This document shows, one piece after another, positions 44,601 to 57,716 of a stretch of 64,000 bases of DNA (its first letter is position 1; each line of letters begins with the position of its first letter). The position numbers and the translations under genes were made by a program. The stretch lies in NCBI GenBank assembly GCA_964016885.1, contig OZ024741.1:379378001-379442000 (forward strand), in the 5' to 3' direction. Below the pieces are notes generated by a model. That model saw nothing but the letters and a program-made list of their open reading frames with translations, had not been told where the DNA came from and did no database searches. The stretch comes from Eledone cirrhosa. Its lineage: Eukaryota.

Positions 44601-47600
44601 TATGTGTATTTCCACATTTCCTCGAATAGTTTTCGCGGATGTAGAGGTTATCTCCCTTGCCGGATTCCATGTGCGTGCTTGTAGTTAGCCTCTTATCCGT
44701 TAGGACGAAGCTCGTTGAAGAAGTAAATTTCCAGTCCGCTTATTCTAGAAGTCTTATATATTTATATGTGAGCTGATAGAGTACAGTCTAAGGATTTACA
44801 GAAACCCAAGAAGCTAGATTTAACACCTTTCTAGTGGGTCCGGGTATGATTTTACATTCATTTAAATTATTGATTTATTGATTTATTGATATTTTTTATC
44901 TGATTGTCCCGAATCTTCTATTATCGATTTTTTTATCGTACAGTTGATTTTAGACTTGTTCTATGTGTGACGGTAATTTAACGATAGTTATAGCTCTGAT
45001 TCATCTGAATTATTGAGCCCTCTGCCGCTCATTTCGAATTTTGTTTATCGTGAACTCGTGCGCCGATTTTTCGATATTCGATCATTCTAATATTTTTAGC
45101 TCTGGACATAGCTATCCACCAGTTAATTTTATTGCTCATTTTTTGTCGATTCTATTGAGTGATGAATAGCTCCTGTTTTATTTTAACATGTCTATTGAGC
45201 ACTTTTATTCGATATGTGTATTTCCACATTTCCTCGAATAGTTTTCGCGGATGTACAGGTTATCTCCCTTGCCGGATTCCACGTGCGTATTTTGCTTGTA
45301 GTTAGCCTCTTATCAGTTAGGACGAAGCTCGTTGAAGAAGTAAATTTCCAGTCCGCTTATTCTAGAAGTCTTATATATTTATATGTGAGCTGATAGAGTA
45401 CAGTATAAGGATTTACAGAAACCCAAGAAGCTAGATTTAACACCTTTCTAGTGGGTCCGGGTATGATTTTACATTCATTTAAATTATTGATTTATTGATT
45501 TATTGATATTTTTTATCTGATTGTCCCGAATCTTCTATTATCGATTTTTTTATCGTACAGTTGATTTTAGACTTGTTCTATGTGTGACGGTATTTTAACG
45601 ATAGTTATAGCTCTGATTCATCTGAATTATTGAGCCCTCTGCCGCTCATTTCGAATTTTGTTTATCGTGAACTCGTGCGCCGATTTTTCGATATTCGATC
45701 ATTCTAATATTTTTAGCTCTGGACATAGCTATCCACCAGTTAATTTTATTGCTCATTTTTTGTCGATTCTATTGAGTGATGAATAGCTCCTGTTTTATTT
45801 TAACATGTCTATTGAGCACTTTTATTCGATATGTGTATTTCCACATTTCCTCGAATAGTTTTCGCGGATGTAGAGGTTATCTCCCTTGTCGGATTCCATG
45901 TGCGTATTTTGCTTGTAGTTAGCCTCTTATCCGTTAGGACGAAGCTCGTTGAAGAAGTAAATTTCCAGTCCGCTTATTCTAGAAGTCTTATATATTTATA
46001 TGTGAGCTGATAGAGTACAGTCTAAGGATTTACAGAAACCCAAGAAGCTAGATTTAACACCTTTCTAGTGGGTCCGGGTATGATTTTACATTCATTTAAA
46101 TTATTGATTTATTGATTTATTGATATTTTTTATCTGATTGTCCCGAATCTTCTATTATCGATTTTTTTTATCGTACGGTTGATTTTAGACTTGTTCTATG
46201 TGTGACGGTATTTTAACGATAGTTATAGCTCTGATTCATCTGAATTATTGAGCCCTCTGCCGCTCATTTCGAATTTTGTTTATCGTGAACTCGTGCGCCG
46301 ATTTTTCGATACTCGATCATTCTAATATTTTTAGCTCTGGACATAGCTATCCACCAGTTAATGTTATTGCTCATTTTTTGTCGATTCTATTGAGTGATGA
46401 ATAGCTCCTGTTTTATTTTAACATGTCTATTGAGCACTTTTATTCGATATGTGTATTTCCACATTTCCTCGAATAGTTTTCGCGGATGTAGAGGTTATCT
46501 CCCTTGTCGGATTCCATGTGCGTATTTTGCTTGTAGTTAGCCTCTTATCCGTTAGGACGAAGCTCGTTGAAGAAGTAAATTTCCAGTCCGCTTATTCTAG
46601 AATTCTTATATATTTATATGTGAGCTGATAGAGTACAGTCTAAGGATTTACAGAAACCCAAGAAGCTAGGTTTAACACCTTTCTAGTGGGTCCGGGTATG
46701 ATTTTACATTCATTTAAATTATTGATTTATTGATTTATTGATATTTTTTATCTGATTGTCCCGAATCTTCTATTATCGATTTTTTTATCGTACGGTTGAT
46801 TTTAGACTTGTTCTATGTGTGACGGTATTTTAACGATAGTTATAGCTCTGATTCATCTGAATTATTGAGCCCTCTGCCGCTCATTTCGAATTTTGTTTAT
46901 CGTGAACTCGTGCGCCGATTTTTCGATACTCGATCATTCTAATATTTTTAGCTCTGGACATAGCTATCCACCAGTTAATTTTATTGCTCATTTTTTGTCG
47001 ATTCTATTGAGTGATGAATAGCTCCTGTTTTATTTTAACATGTCTATTGAGCACTTTTATTCGATATGTGTATTTCCACATTTCCTCGAATAGTTTTCGC
47101 GGATGTAGAGGTTATCTCCCTTGCCGGATTCCATGTGCGTATTTTGCTTGTAGTTAGCCTCTTATCCGTTAGGACGAAACTCGTTGAAGAAGTAAATTTC
47201 CAGTCCGCTTATTCTAGAAGTCTTATATATTTATATGTGAGCTGATAGAGTGCAGTCTAAGGATTTACAGAAACCCAAGAAGCTAGATTTAACACCTTTC
47301 TAGTGGGTCCGGGTATGATTTTACATTCATTTAAATTATTGATTTATTGATTTATTGATATTTTTTATCTGATTGTCCCGAATCTTCTATTATCGATTTT
47401 TTTATCGTACGGTTGATTTTAGACTTGTTCTATGTGTGACGTTTTTTTAACGATAGTTATAGCTCTGATTCATCTGAATTATTGAGCCCTCTGCAGCTCA
47501 TTTCGAATTTTGTTTATCGTGAACTCGTGCGCCGATTTTTCGATATTCGATCATTCTAATATTTTTAGCTCTGGACATAGCTATCCACCAGTTAATTTTA

Positions 47601-50600
47601 TTGCTCATTTTTTGTCGATTCTATTGAGTGATGAATAGCTCCTGTTTTATTTTAACATGTCTATTGAGCACTTTTATTCGATATGTGTATTTCCAGATTT
47701 CCTCGAATAGTTTTCGCGGATGTAGAGGTTATCTCCCTTGCCGGATTCCATGTGCGTGCTTGTAGTTAGCCTCTTATCCGTTAGGACGAAGCTCGTTGAA
47801 GAAGTAAATTTCCAGTCCGCTTATTCTAGAAGTCTTATATATTTATATGTGAGCTGATAGAGTACAGTCTAAGGATTTACAGAAACCCAAGAAGCTAGAT
47901 TTAACACCTTTCTAGTGGGTCCGGGTATGATTTTACATTCATTTAAATTATTGATTTATTGATTTATTGATATTTTTTATCTGATTGTCCCGAATCTTCT
48001 ATTATCGATTTTTTTATCGTACAGTTGATTTTAGACTTGTTCTATGTGTGACGGTAATTTAACGATAGTTATAGCTCTGATTCATCTGAATTATTGAGCC
48101 CTCTGCCGTAAATTTCGAATTTTGTTTATCGTGAACTCGTGCGCCGATTTTTCGATATTCGATCATTCTAATATTTTTAGCTCTGGACATAGCTATCCAC
48201 CAGTTAATTTTATTGCTCATTTTTTGTCGATTCTATTGAGTGATGAATAGCTCCTGTTTTATTTTAACATGTCTATTGAGCACTTTTATTCGATATGTGT
48301 ATTTCCACATTTCCTCGAATAGTTTTCGCGGATGTAGAGGTTATCTCCCTTGCCGGATTCCATGTGCGTGCTTGTAGTTAGCCTCTTATCCGTTAGGACG
48401 AAGCTCGTTGAAGAAGTAAATTTCCAGTCCGCTTATTCTAGAAGTCTTATATATTTATATGTGAGCTGATAGAGTACAGTCTAAGGATTTACAGAAACCC
48501 AAGAAGCTAGATTTAACACCTTTCTAGTGGGTCCGGGTATGATTTTACATTCATTTAAATTATTGATTTATTGATTTATTGATATTTTTTATCTGATTGT
48601 CCCGAATCTTCTATTATCGATTTTTTTATCGTACAGTTGATTTTAGACTTGTTCTATGTGTGACGGTAATTTAACGATAGTTATAGCTCTGATTCATCTG
48701 AATTATTGAGCCCTCTGCCGCTCATTTCGAATTTTGTTTATCGTGAACTCGTGCGCCGATTTTTCGATATTCGATCATTCTAATATTTTTAGCTCTGGAC
48801 ATAGCTATCCACCAGTTAATTTTATTGCTCATTTTTTGTCGATTCTATTGAGTGATGAATAGCTCCTGTTTTATTTTAACATGTCTATTGAGCACTTTTA
48901 TTCGATATGTGTATTTCCACATTTCCTCGAATAGTTTTCGCGGATGTACAGGTTATCTCCCTTGCCGGATTCCACGTGCGTATTTTGCTTGTAGTTAGCC
49001 TCTTATCAGTTAGGACGAAGCTCGTTGAAGAAGTAAATTTCCAGTCCGCTTATTCTAGAAGTCTTATATATTTATATGTGAGCTGATAGAGTACAGTATA
49101 AGGATTTACAGAAACCCAAGAAGCTAGATTTAACACCTTTCTAGTGGGTCCGGGTATGATTTTACATTCATTTAAATTATTGATTTATTGATTTATTGAT
49201 ATTTTTTATCTGATTGTCCCGAATCTTCTATTATCGATTTTTTTATCGTACAGTTGATTTTAGACTTGTTCTATGTGTGACGGTATTTTAACGATAGTTA
49301 TAGCTCTGATTCATCTGAATTATTGAGCCCTCTGCCGCTCATTTCGAATTTTGTTTATCGTGAACTCGTGCGCCGATTTTTCGATATTCGATCATTCTAA
49401 TATTTTTAGCTCTGGACATAGCTATCCACCAGTTAATTTTATTGCTCATTTTTTGTCGATTCTATTGAGTGATGAATAGCTCCTGTTTTATTTTAACATG
49501 TCTATTGAGCACTTTTATTCGATATGTGTATTTCCACATTTCCTCGAATAGTTTTCGCGGATGTAGAGGTTATCTCCCTTGCCGGATTCCATGTGCGTAT
49601 TTTGCTTGTAGTTAGCCTCTTATCCGTTAGGACGAAGCTCGTTGAAGAAGTAAATTTCCAGTCCGCTTTCTCTAGAAGTCTTATATATTTATATGTGAGC
49701 TGATAGAGTGCAGTCTAAGGATTTACAGAAACCCAAGAAGCTAGATTTAACACCTTTCTAGTGGGTCCGGGTATGATTTTACATTCATTTAAATTATTGA
49801 TTTATTGATTTATTGATATTTTTTATCTGATTGTCCCGAATCTTCTATTATCGATTTTTTTATCGTACGGTTGATTTTAGACTTGTTCTATGTGTGACGG
49901 TATTTTAACGATAGTTATAGCTCTGATTCATCTGAATTATTGAGCCCTCTGCCGCTCATTTCGAATTTTGTTTATCGTGAACTCGTGCGCCGATTTTTCG
50001 ATATTCGATCATTCTAATATTTTTAGCTCTGGACATAGCTATCCACCAGTTAATTTTATTGCTCATTTTTTGTCGATTCTATTGAGTGATGAATAGCTCC
50101 TGTTTTATTTTAACATGTCTATTGAGCACTTTTATTCGATATGTGTATTTCCAGATTTCCTCGAATAGTTTTCGCGGATGTAGAGGTTATCTCCCTTGCC
50201 GGATTCCATGTGCGTGCTTGTAGTTAGCCTCTTATCCGTTAGGACGAAGCTCGTTGAAGAAGTAAATTTCCAGTCCGCTTATTCTAGAAGTCTTATATAT
50301 TTATATGTGAGCTGATAGAGTACAGTCTAAGGATTTACAGAAACCCAAGAAGCTAGATTTAACACCTTTCTAGTGGGTCCGGGTATGATTTTACATTCAT
50401 TTAAATTATTGATTTATTGATTTATTGATATTTTTTATCTGATTGTCCCGAATCTTCTATTATCGATTTTTTTATCGTACGGTTGATTTTAGACTTGTTC
50501 TATGTGTGACGGTATTTTAACGATAGTTATAGCTCTGATTCATCTGAATTATTGAGCCCTCTGCCGCTCATTTCGAATTTTGTTTATCGTGAACTCGTGC

Positions 50601-50623
50601 GCCGATTTTTCGATACTCGATCA

Positions 50624-50630
<7 letters not shown>
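41668..50630 (+). repeat. Tandem array of ~617-bp monomers (14 full + 1 partial) with a 6-monomer, 3693-bp higher-order repeat
   Basis: Monomer starts (TTCTAGAA) at 41668, 42284, 42902, 43519, 44131, 44743, 45360, 45977, 46595, 47212, 47824, 48436, 49053, 49670, 50282; no ORF of 60 aa or more. Confidence 0.97.
41691..41772 (+). ncRNA. Hammerhead-like motif, one per satellite monomer (15 copies)
   Basis: G-CTGATAGA-GTA c AGTC taag GATT TAC-a-GAAA-CCCA agaag CTAGA..TCTAG TGGG-TC-C; stems II and III are good, two extra core nucleotides, weak stem I. Confidence 0.5.
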
Positions 50631-50666
<36 letters not shown>

Positions 50667-51704
50667 TAACGGATATCAACTGAGAGAAACGCGGTACCTT
50701 AAAGTTCCGGACGTTTCCCTTAATCGGATGATAGATTATTAAATAGAATAGAAAACAGAAAGATAGATGAGTGTTAGAAGAAGAAAAAAGAAACAAACAA
50801 AGAATGTATTTGGAGAGAAAGCACACGTACGTTTATTTTTGGCATATTGTGGGGAGGTGAGACATATAGTATTAGATTTTAGAAAGGTTTTGTAAAGAAG
50901 ATACCCATCGTATATTTTGAGTGAACATGTGCGAGTAAGTAAATGTTTGTGTGTGTGTGTGTGTATGTGTGTGTGTGAGTGTGTGTGTGTGTGTGCGCGT
51001 GTGTGTATGCCTGTGTGCGAGCCTCTGTGCGCGTTTGTGCCTGCTCGTTTGTTTTGTTTCTGTGATAAGCTGGGATTGGAAAGCTGTGAGTATGTACCCA
51101 CCTTTGTAGGCTGACCAACGCTAAGCGTGATTATTTGGGTCGCATAAGTATATCTGTCTTTGTCGTTTCAGCCATCGACAAAATACATTCTATGTAATTT
51201 ACTTTCAGAATTAGAAATTTATCTGAGAAACATATTATATTTTAGAGTCATGTTACATATTAAAGGTAAATCTTTTGTAGAATGATAGCATGATTTTATG
51301 ACAATTTCAGTTATATTTAAACAATTCTTCGGTAATAGTAACCGTCTTAATGCGTACATAGGTGTAGGCATTATTCTCAGTTATACACTCCTTATGCAAT
51401 TTCTCACTAGTTTTTGTCCAACGTGTTTGTACAACGTATCAACGATACCCACGAATTAATGGTTTATAGAATGGATTTCAACCGAAGTACTTGTAAGTAC
51501 TATCGAAAATATTATCTGTATGAAAATTGATTTGGTTTAACAGGTTGACGTGTTGATTTACCTCTAAACTAAATCACGTTAATATATTTTAAACCAAATG
51601 TCATTTTTTTTTTCAAATTTTTTTTTCAAGTTCCAACGAAGAATTCTCAACCCACAGATTCTCTAGTTTATGTGTGTCATACAAATATATATATATATAA
51701 ATAC

Positions 51705-51758
<54 letters not shown>

Positions 51759-51761
51759 GTA

Positions 51762-51948
<187 letters not shown>

Positions 51949-51955
51949 GTATATA

Positions 51956-52145
51956 TATAAAGAAAAAGAGATGAAATCGAAAATGCAACTGGAGTCTTAT
52001 TTTTTTTTTAAATATCTATATTTATTTGGTTCCTTTACCGGTTTCGCAGTTCTTCTGCTTTTTCAAAAGGTGAGTTGAGATGGAGGGTCTGTGGTTTTTC
52101 TCAAAACTATAGTTGCATTTTCGATTTCATCTCTTTTTCTTTATA
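51956..52145. mobile_element. Small fold-back element with ~35-bp inverted ends around an HHR
   Basis: TATAAAGAAAAAGAGATGAAATCGAAAATGCAACT ... AGTTGCATTTTCGATTTCATCTCTTTTTCTTTATA; homologous to 25392-25522. Confidence 0.8.
52032..52070 (-). ncRNA. Minimal hammerhead with U3-A8 core
   Basis: CCTT-TTGAAAA(A)-GCAG aagaa CTGC-GAAA-CCGG-TA-AAGG; palindromic stem III. Confidence 0.65.
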
Positions 52146-52209
52146 CTTTCACTCGTGTAGGACACCTCGGTTATTTTTCATTTTGTAAAATAAACCTCAC
52201 TTTCTAATG

Positions 52210-52243
<34 letters not shown>

Positions 52244-52250
52244 GAGAGAG

Positions 52251-52403
52251 AGAAGTGGTTACAAAACAGTTAGTTTACCATACCGAGAACAATTGTTTCA
52301 CCTTAGAGTGTCCTCAGCTGGTAACGTCATTACGAGCTGAGGATCAGCTACGGTGAAATAATTGTTCTCGGTATGGTGATCTATCTGTTGTGTAACTACT
52401 TCT
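52251..52403. repeat. Imperfect palindrome of two divergent hammerhead-like motifs (52283-52321 -, 52333-52370 +)
   Basis: CGAG-CTGAGGA-..GGT-GAAA-(C/T)AATTG-TT-CTCG on both strands. Confidence 0.6.
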
Positions 52404-52533
52404 ACTTAACACGTCCCATGGACTGAGTGCTCTACAACTACGGATATTATTTTCCAGTGGTCTCCAACTATATATATATATAAATTAATAAAAACGTTGA
52501 TATAAAAACAAACAAGTTCCTTATTATAAAAAT

Positions 52534-52661
52534 TCATCATTTTACGATCGTTTCTAGGATGTATGGGTATGTGTATCATATAGATCTATGTAAATATATT
52601 ACAAATTATCAGAAGAAATATACATACGTTCACATATACGTACTGTCTTCAGAAATGATGA
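52534..52661 (-). ncRNA. Hammerhead with long stem II insertion
   Basis: TCATCATTT-CTGAAGA-(~90 nt)-GAAA-CGATCG-TA-AAATGATGA: 9-bp stem I, palindromic stem III. Confidence 0.65.
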
Positions 52662-53611
52662 GATCTGTTTATTGAAAAAAACCCAACAAAGATTTAATAT
52701 AAAAGGTTCGTTTGGGAACAGGTTTTGAATTGACCAATAGAAAAGTAGTTAGAGGTCAAGTTGATAGAATAGTTGTAGTAGAATTTAATTTAGGGGTAGA
52801 GGAATGCAGACTTATGTTTTGAATGAAAAGAATACTTTGAATGAAAAGAATACTTTGGGGAGGAAAAGAGGTCAAGCCAGTGAAGGGTACACGAAAATTT
52901 GATGTTATTAAAGAATAATGTTAAACACGAAGGAAAATAAAATTTATTATATATAGGTTTAATTAGATTAACTGATTTAGGTGGTTACTAGGACTCTACC
53001 CTATTGGATCTAACAAAATCTAGCAAAGTCCACGTCCACATCACACAAAACTGGAAATCTATACTACCAACGAGTTATGTCTACCTGTACAGGGAGGCAG
53101 TTGATTCTCCTAAGTTCCCCCACACTTTAAGAGATTTCATCTATAAGTACGCAGGGTGTCCCAAAACAACCAACAAGCCACGTAAAATGTGTGGGGGTTA
53201 CCGGTTTACTCATAATAATCCATAATAAATTCACTAATAGTAACCCTCTTAGTAAACATCTTGATACATCTTATAAGTATAAAAAACAATATCGAAACCG
53301 TAAATTACTTGGTATAATGCTCCATTTAATCTACAAATTAAAGATAATATCCCTAAAAAATGTGTTACTGACCTAGAGAAAAATTTCCCGCCAAACCATA
53401 AATACCATCAAATTTTAAATAGATCAACTGTCAAATTTTCCTACTCCCCTACCAAAAATATACAACAGAATATAAGTGCGTACAACGCATATAAATGTAA
53501 AAAAACACAAATATACCCCAAACACATCAAACCAACCATAATACTAAAATAAAACGCAACAAACCACCACCTCCTTCACCTATAACAAGTCGAGTCAATT
53601 CCACACCAAAT

Positions 53612-54118
53612 TTGACTAACTCCCCTGATATAATATTCACGAATGGTTGTAATTGTAGAAACAAAAGGCATTGCCCATTAAATGGAAATTGTCTTATTAA
53701 TAACATAATATATAAATCTAAAATTAGCACTAAGGACTCCACTTATTCATATATAGGAGCTACGTCTAGCCAATTTAAAGTAAGATTTAATACCCACAAA
53801 CATAGTTTTAAAAATGCCGCATTAACTAATACAACATCCTTGGCTGAAACAATTAATACTTATAGAAAGAAGAATATCGATTACAACCTGACCTGGAGTG
53901 TGCTCAAAAGGGCCACCCCTTATCAAAATAACAGATACGAGTGTAGGTTATTCTCCCAGGAACTTTTTGAAATCATGAAATCTAAGGATATCCTATTAAA
54001 TAAGCGACAGGAATTAATTATATCTTGCAATCATAGAATTAGAAGAACCTTCAAATATTATAAACCTTACACTTATATTTTACATATTATTATAATTATT
54101 CTTTTAAAATTTAGTTAA
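53612..54118 (+). pseudogene. Naiad-type GIY-YIG endonuclease domain
   Basis: IIYKS..YIG, R-x3-H and Cys-rich flanks. Confidence 0.85.
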
Positions 54119-54529
54119 CCTATAATTAGTACGTTACTACATAGAGCTTCATAATTTTATTTCCCTCTTACAGCTCTCTTTTCCTAAAATTAATACTTAA
54201 AAGTATTCCTATAAATTAATTTAATTTCCTGTTATGAAACTACATTCCTTGTAGTTTATATAAGATTGGTATTTCTCACTACTACCCTTATCGAAAAATG
54301 TTACTTTCCTTTGTTTTTAACAACACTTTTTAATAACTTCTAATTCTTATTTATCACATTCATATGAATTAATATAAATGTATCCCTATAAGTATACCTA
54401 TCAATTAATTTAATTTCTTGTTATAGATCTATATTCCTTGTAGTTTAAATAAGATTGGTATTTCTCACTAATACCCTTACCGTAACATTTTATTTTCCTT
54501 CGTTTTTAAAATTATTCTTTAATAACATC

Positions 54530-54664
54530 GGTCCTTTATGGTCTGAGTTCAAATCCCGCTGAGGTTAACTTTGCCTTTCATCCTTACGGGGTCGATAAAA
54601 TAAAAGTACCAGTAATGTACTGGGATAATTGCTGGCCTTGGGCCAAAAGTAGAAACAAATATTA
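54530..54664 (+). mobile_element. SINE inserted in the PLE 3' UTR
   Basis: B-box + central domain + tail. Confidence 0.78.
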
Positions 54665-54915
54665 TTTTATAACATCAAATTTTCGTGTACCTTTCACTGG
54701 CGTGAAATATTTTCATCCCCAAAGTATTCTTTTCATTCAAAGTATTCTTTTCATTCAAAACATAAGTCTGCACTCCTCTATCCCTAAATTAAATTCATAC
54801 TACCACTATTCTATCAACTTGACCTCTAACTACTTTTCTATTGGTCAATTCAAAACCGGTTCGCAAACAGACCTTTTCATTTAAATCTTTGTTGGTTTTT
54901 TTCAATAAACAAATC

Positions 54916-55052
54916 TCATCATTTCTGAAGACAGCATGTATATGTGAAGGTATGTATATGTTATCTGATAATTTGTAATATTTTTACATAGACCTATATG
55001 ATATACATACCAACACACATATACATCCTAGAAACGATCGTAAAAATGATGA
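54916..55052 (+). ncRNA. Hammerhead with long stem II insertion (inverted partner of 52534-52661)
   Basis: TCATCATTT-CTGAAGA...GAAA-CGATCG-TA-AAAATGATGA. Confidence 0.6.
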
Positions 55053-55236
55053 ATTTTTTAATATAAGGAATTTGTTCTTTGTTTTTATTTTATTGTTTTT
55101 AATAATTTATCTTGACTCTGTTTTACTATGATTTTCAACGAAAATGTTTGAATGCATCTTCTCTGTTCATGATATTTGGATTACATTGAGTTCTTCATAC
55201 AGATTGGACACTACCGTATATTCTGGTAGATTTATC

Positions 55237-55282
<46 letters not shown>

Positions 55283-55287
<5 letters not shown>

Positions 55288-55722
55288 TATGAAGAGAGAA
55301 GAAACATTTAGATATAATTAGTAATAAAATGTATCATACCTAAACTGTTCCTAAATTCCTCGACTACGTAGTTTCGTGGCATAAACAAAAACAATATATC
55401 AAAGATATAGAGTCCTTGCGAGGTCTGCCGACTTATCAAGAGGATACCTCATTTTACTAGTCTCAAGAACGCGTCTACACGACGTGAGAAAGAATCCCAA
55501 AGGGCGGAGGGGGAGACAGTCACGCGATATAACGGTCGAGAAACAGAGCTAAGCCTCTTATAACCACGAAGAAAATACCACGGAGGCGGAGGGGGTATTC
55601 ATATCGAGGCCCTATTTTGTTTATGCCACGAAACTACGTAGTCGAGGAATTTAGGAACAGTTTAGGTATGATACATTTTATTACTAATTATATCTAAATG
55701 TTTCTTCTCTCTTCATAATGTA
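55283..55722. mobile_element. Fold-back element with ~108-bp inverted arms
   Basis: 55283-55390 is the reverse complement of 55615-55722; starts at (TA)n. Confidence 0.85.
55357..55444 (-). ncRNA. Hammerhead with U3-A8 core
   Basis: TCCTC-TTGATAA-GT c GGCA...TGCC AC-GAAA-CTACGTAG-TC-GAGGA; GUC site. Confidence 0.78.
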
Positions 55723-55879
55723 TTTTTAACTCTGATACTGGTACAGTCTGGTTCAAACTGAATTGGTCTGTCCCAGTCATTCATTGAGCAACATTGGTGA
55801 AGTTGGCACCCTTAACTCACAGTTGGGTGCGGATGCATTCATGTATATATGTGTGTGTCCGCATGTATCTGTGTGTTTC

Positions 55880-55920
<41 letters not shown>

Positions 55921-56912
55921 TATCAAATAAAAATTCAATGAAGCAACCATAACACACCAGTTTATTCGAAATGCCTTAACACATGAAACCCACTTTAAAG
56001 CATTGCGAAATCCTGTTTGTTTAATATTATTTCATTTTTAGTGGGTCAATCTATCTAATTACACTGCGATGAATTGACGCACATATACTTAATTGTCAAC
56101 GTTTTACACGTGTCATGGTGCTACAAAGAAATCAATAATTGCGTTATTTTATAATTTACATTTCACACATTTATGAAATCTGTTGCATTTATTCAAATTT
56201 ATTCATGTATTGTTTTGAAATAAATATTCTAATTAACCTTATATATTGCTTTTTATGTTTATTAATCACACCAATATGCAGAATATTATCTAGAAAAAAG
56301 GTGCAATCTATATAATTACCTTCCTTCTGGCTTTGGAATATCAAAACATAAATTGCAGAGAACAAATCACACAATAATTGACAAAAATCAAAAATAGATT
56401 GTAATCTGAAAACATAATGGGAAATTGTTGATGTTTTAAATTTCAATGCATTCATGTAACGTAATTGTAGTTCGTATGAGACATACTTTGATGTGATAGA
56501 CGTAGGAAAAAATATTCCAGTTTTTATTAAATTTAGGGGATTATGTCACATGAATATTTTGAAATTATGAAAAGAGATCCAGCATGCATTAGTTTATAAA
56601 CATTTTATCTATACACTACTAAAGCCTGCGGTTGCTTGCTTGCTTCTCTGTAATGTGATACAGCCAAAAACGCGCATACTGGGAAAGTACATTGAAAGGA
56701 AGTTGACCCTGAAATGGGAATACAAATGGAGTAAAACAAGCTTGGCGTAAAACGGATCACGTTTTCCCGAGATATGGGTTTTTCCGGGTACCTTCATAAC
56801 CAGAGAGAAAGATAGAGAGGAAGAGGTAGTGGTTGTGAGAGAGTAGATTGAACAAGAGACATAGAGAGAGGGAGAGGATACAGAGAAGGAGAATGGAGGA
56901 GAGAGGGAGAGA

Positions 56913-56971
<59 letters not shown>

Positions 56972-56994
56972 CGAGCAAGAGCTCGTGGATGTTT

Positions 56995-57030
<36 letters not shown>

Positions 57031-57666
57031 AGTGTGTGTGTGTATATGTATGTGTGTATATGTGTGTGCGTGTCTATGACCGGTGCATATAGATCACAGA
57101 CACCCACATATATCTATACACACAAACACACATACATATACATACACGCACGTATATATATGGACCTTCCAGTTTAATTTAACGTTATATACATGTCTGT
57201 GTATATTTTAATTATTCTAAAATAATTTTTAAGCGAACATGATTTTAAAAAATATATATATTGAAGTGAACGTGAGCCAACGGGCCACATGTGGTCTACT
57301 TCTGTATAAAAGTTATTTGGATTCTTTCAAAACTCTAAATCACCAATCAGAAACTAGCAAGATATATTATCTTTACACGGTGACGTTTCCGTACTTACAA
57401 TAAAATAACCTGGTGTTTTAAGTTACAAATCTGACACACAATGTATTCTTATTAAGCTGATCTATCCACGTCACCACAGCTTATCACACACGTGTTATTT
57501 AATCACATTTCTAACACGACGCATTTTTCTAATTTGCTAACATCTAGAACAACATTTTGTCTTGAATACATAATGACAAATAAAGCAGATACAGTATTCT
57601 TCGACCACAATAATAAGGAGGGCAATGCTCTACTGTTACTTCCAAAATTTACATGTTTGACTTACT

Positions 57667-57715
<49 letters not shown>

Positions 57716-57716
<1 letters not shown>

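Larger units (their letters stand above)
52495..55095 (+). mobile_element. Naiad-type PLE fragment with inverted pLTRs (~52495-52975 and 54665-55095)
   Basis: ORF 53612-54118: GCNCRNKRHCPLNGNCL, YIGATSSQFKVRFNTH, LLNKRQELIISCNH; arms are reverse complements. Confidence 0.85.

Noticed and set aside
41668-50630. CRISPR array or rDNA/5S/snRNA gene array
   Set aside because: No unique spacers, and no recognisable rRNA, tRNA or snRNA sequence in the monomer
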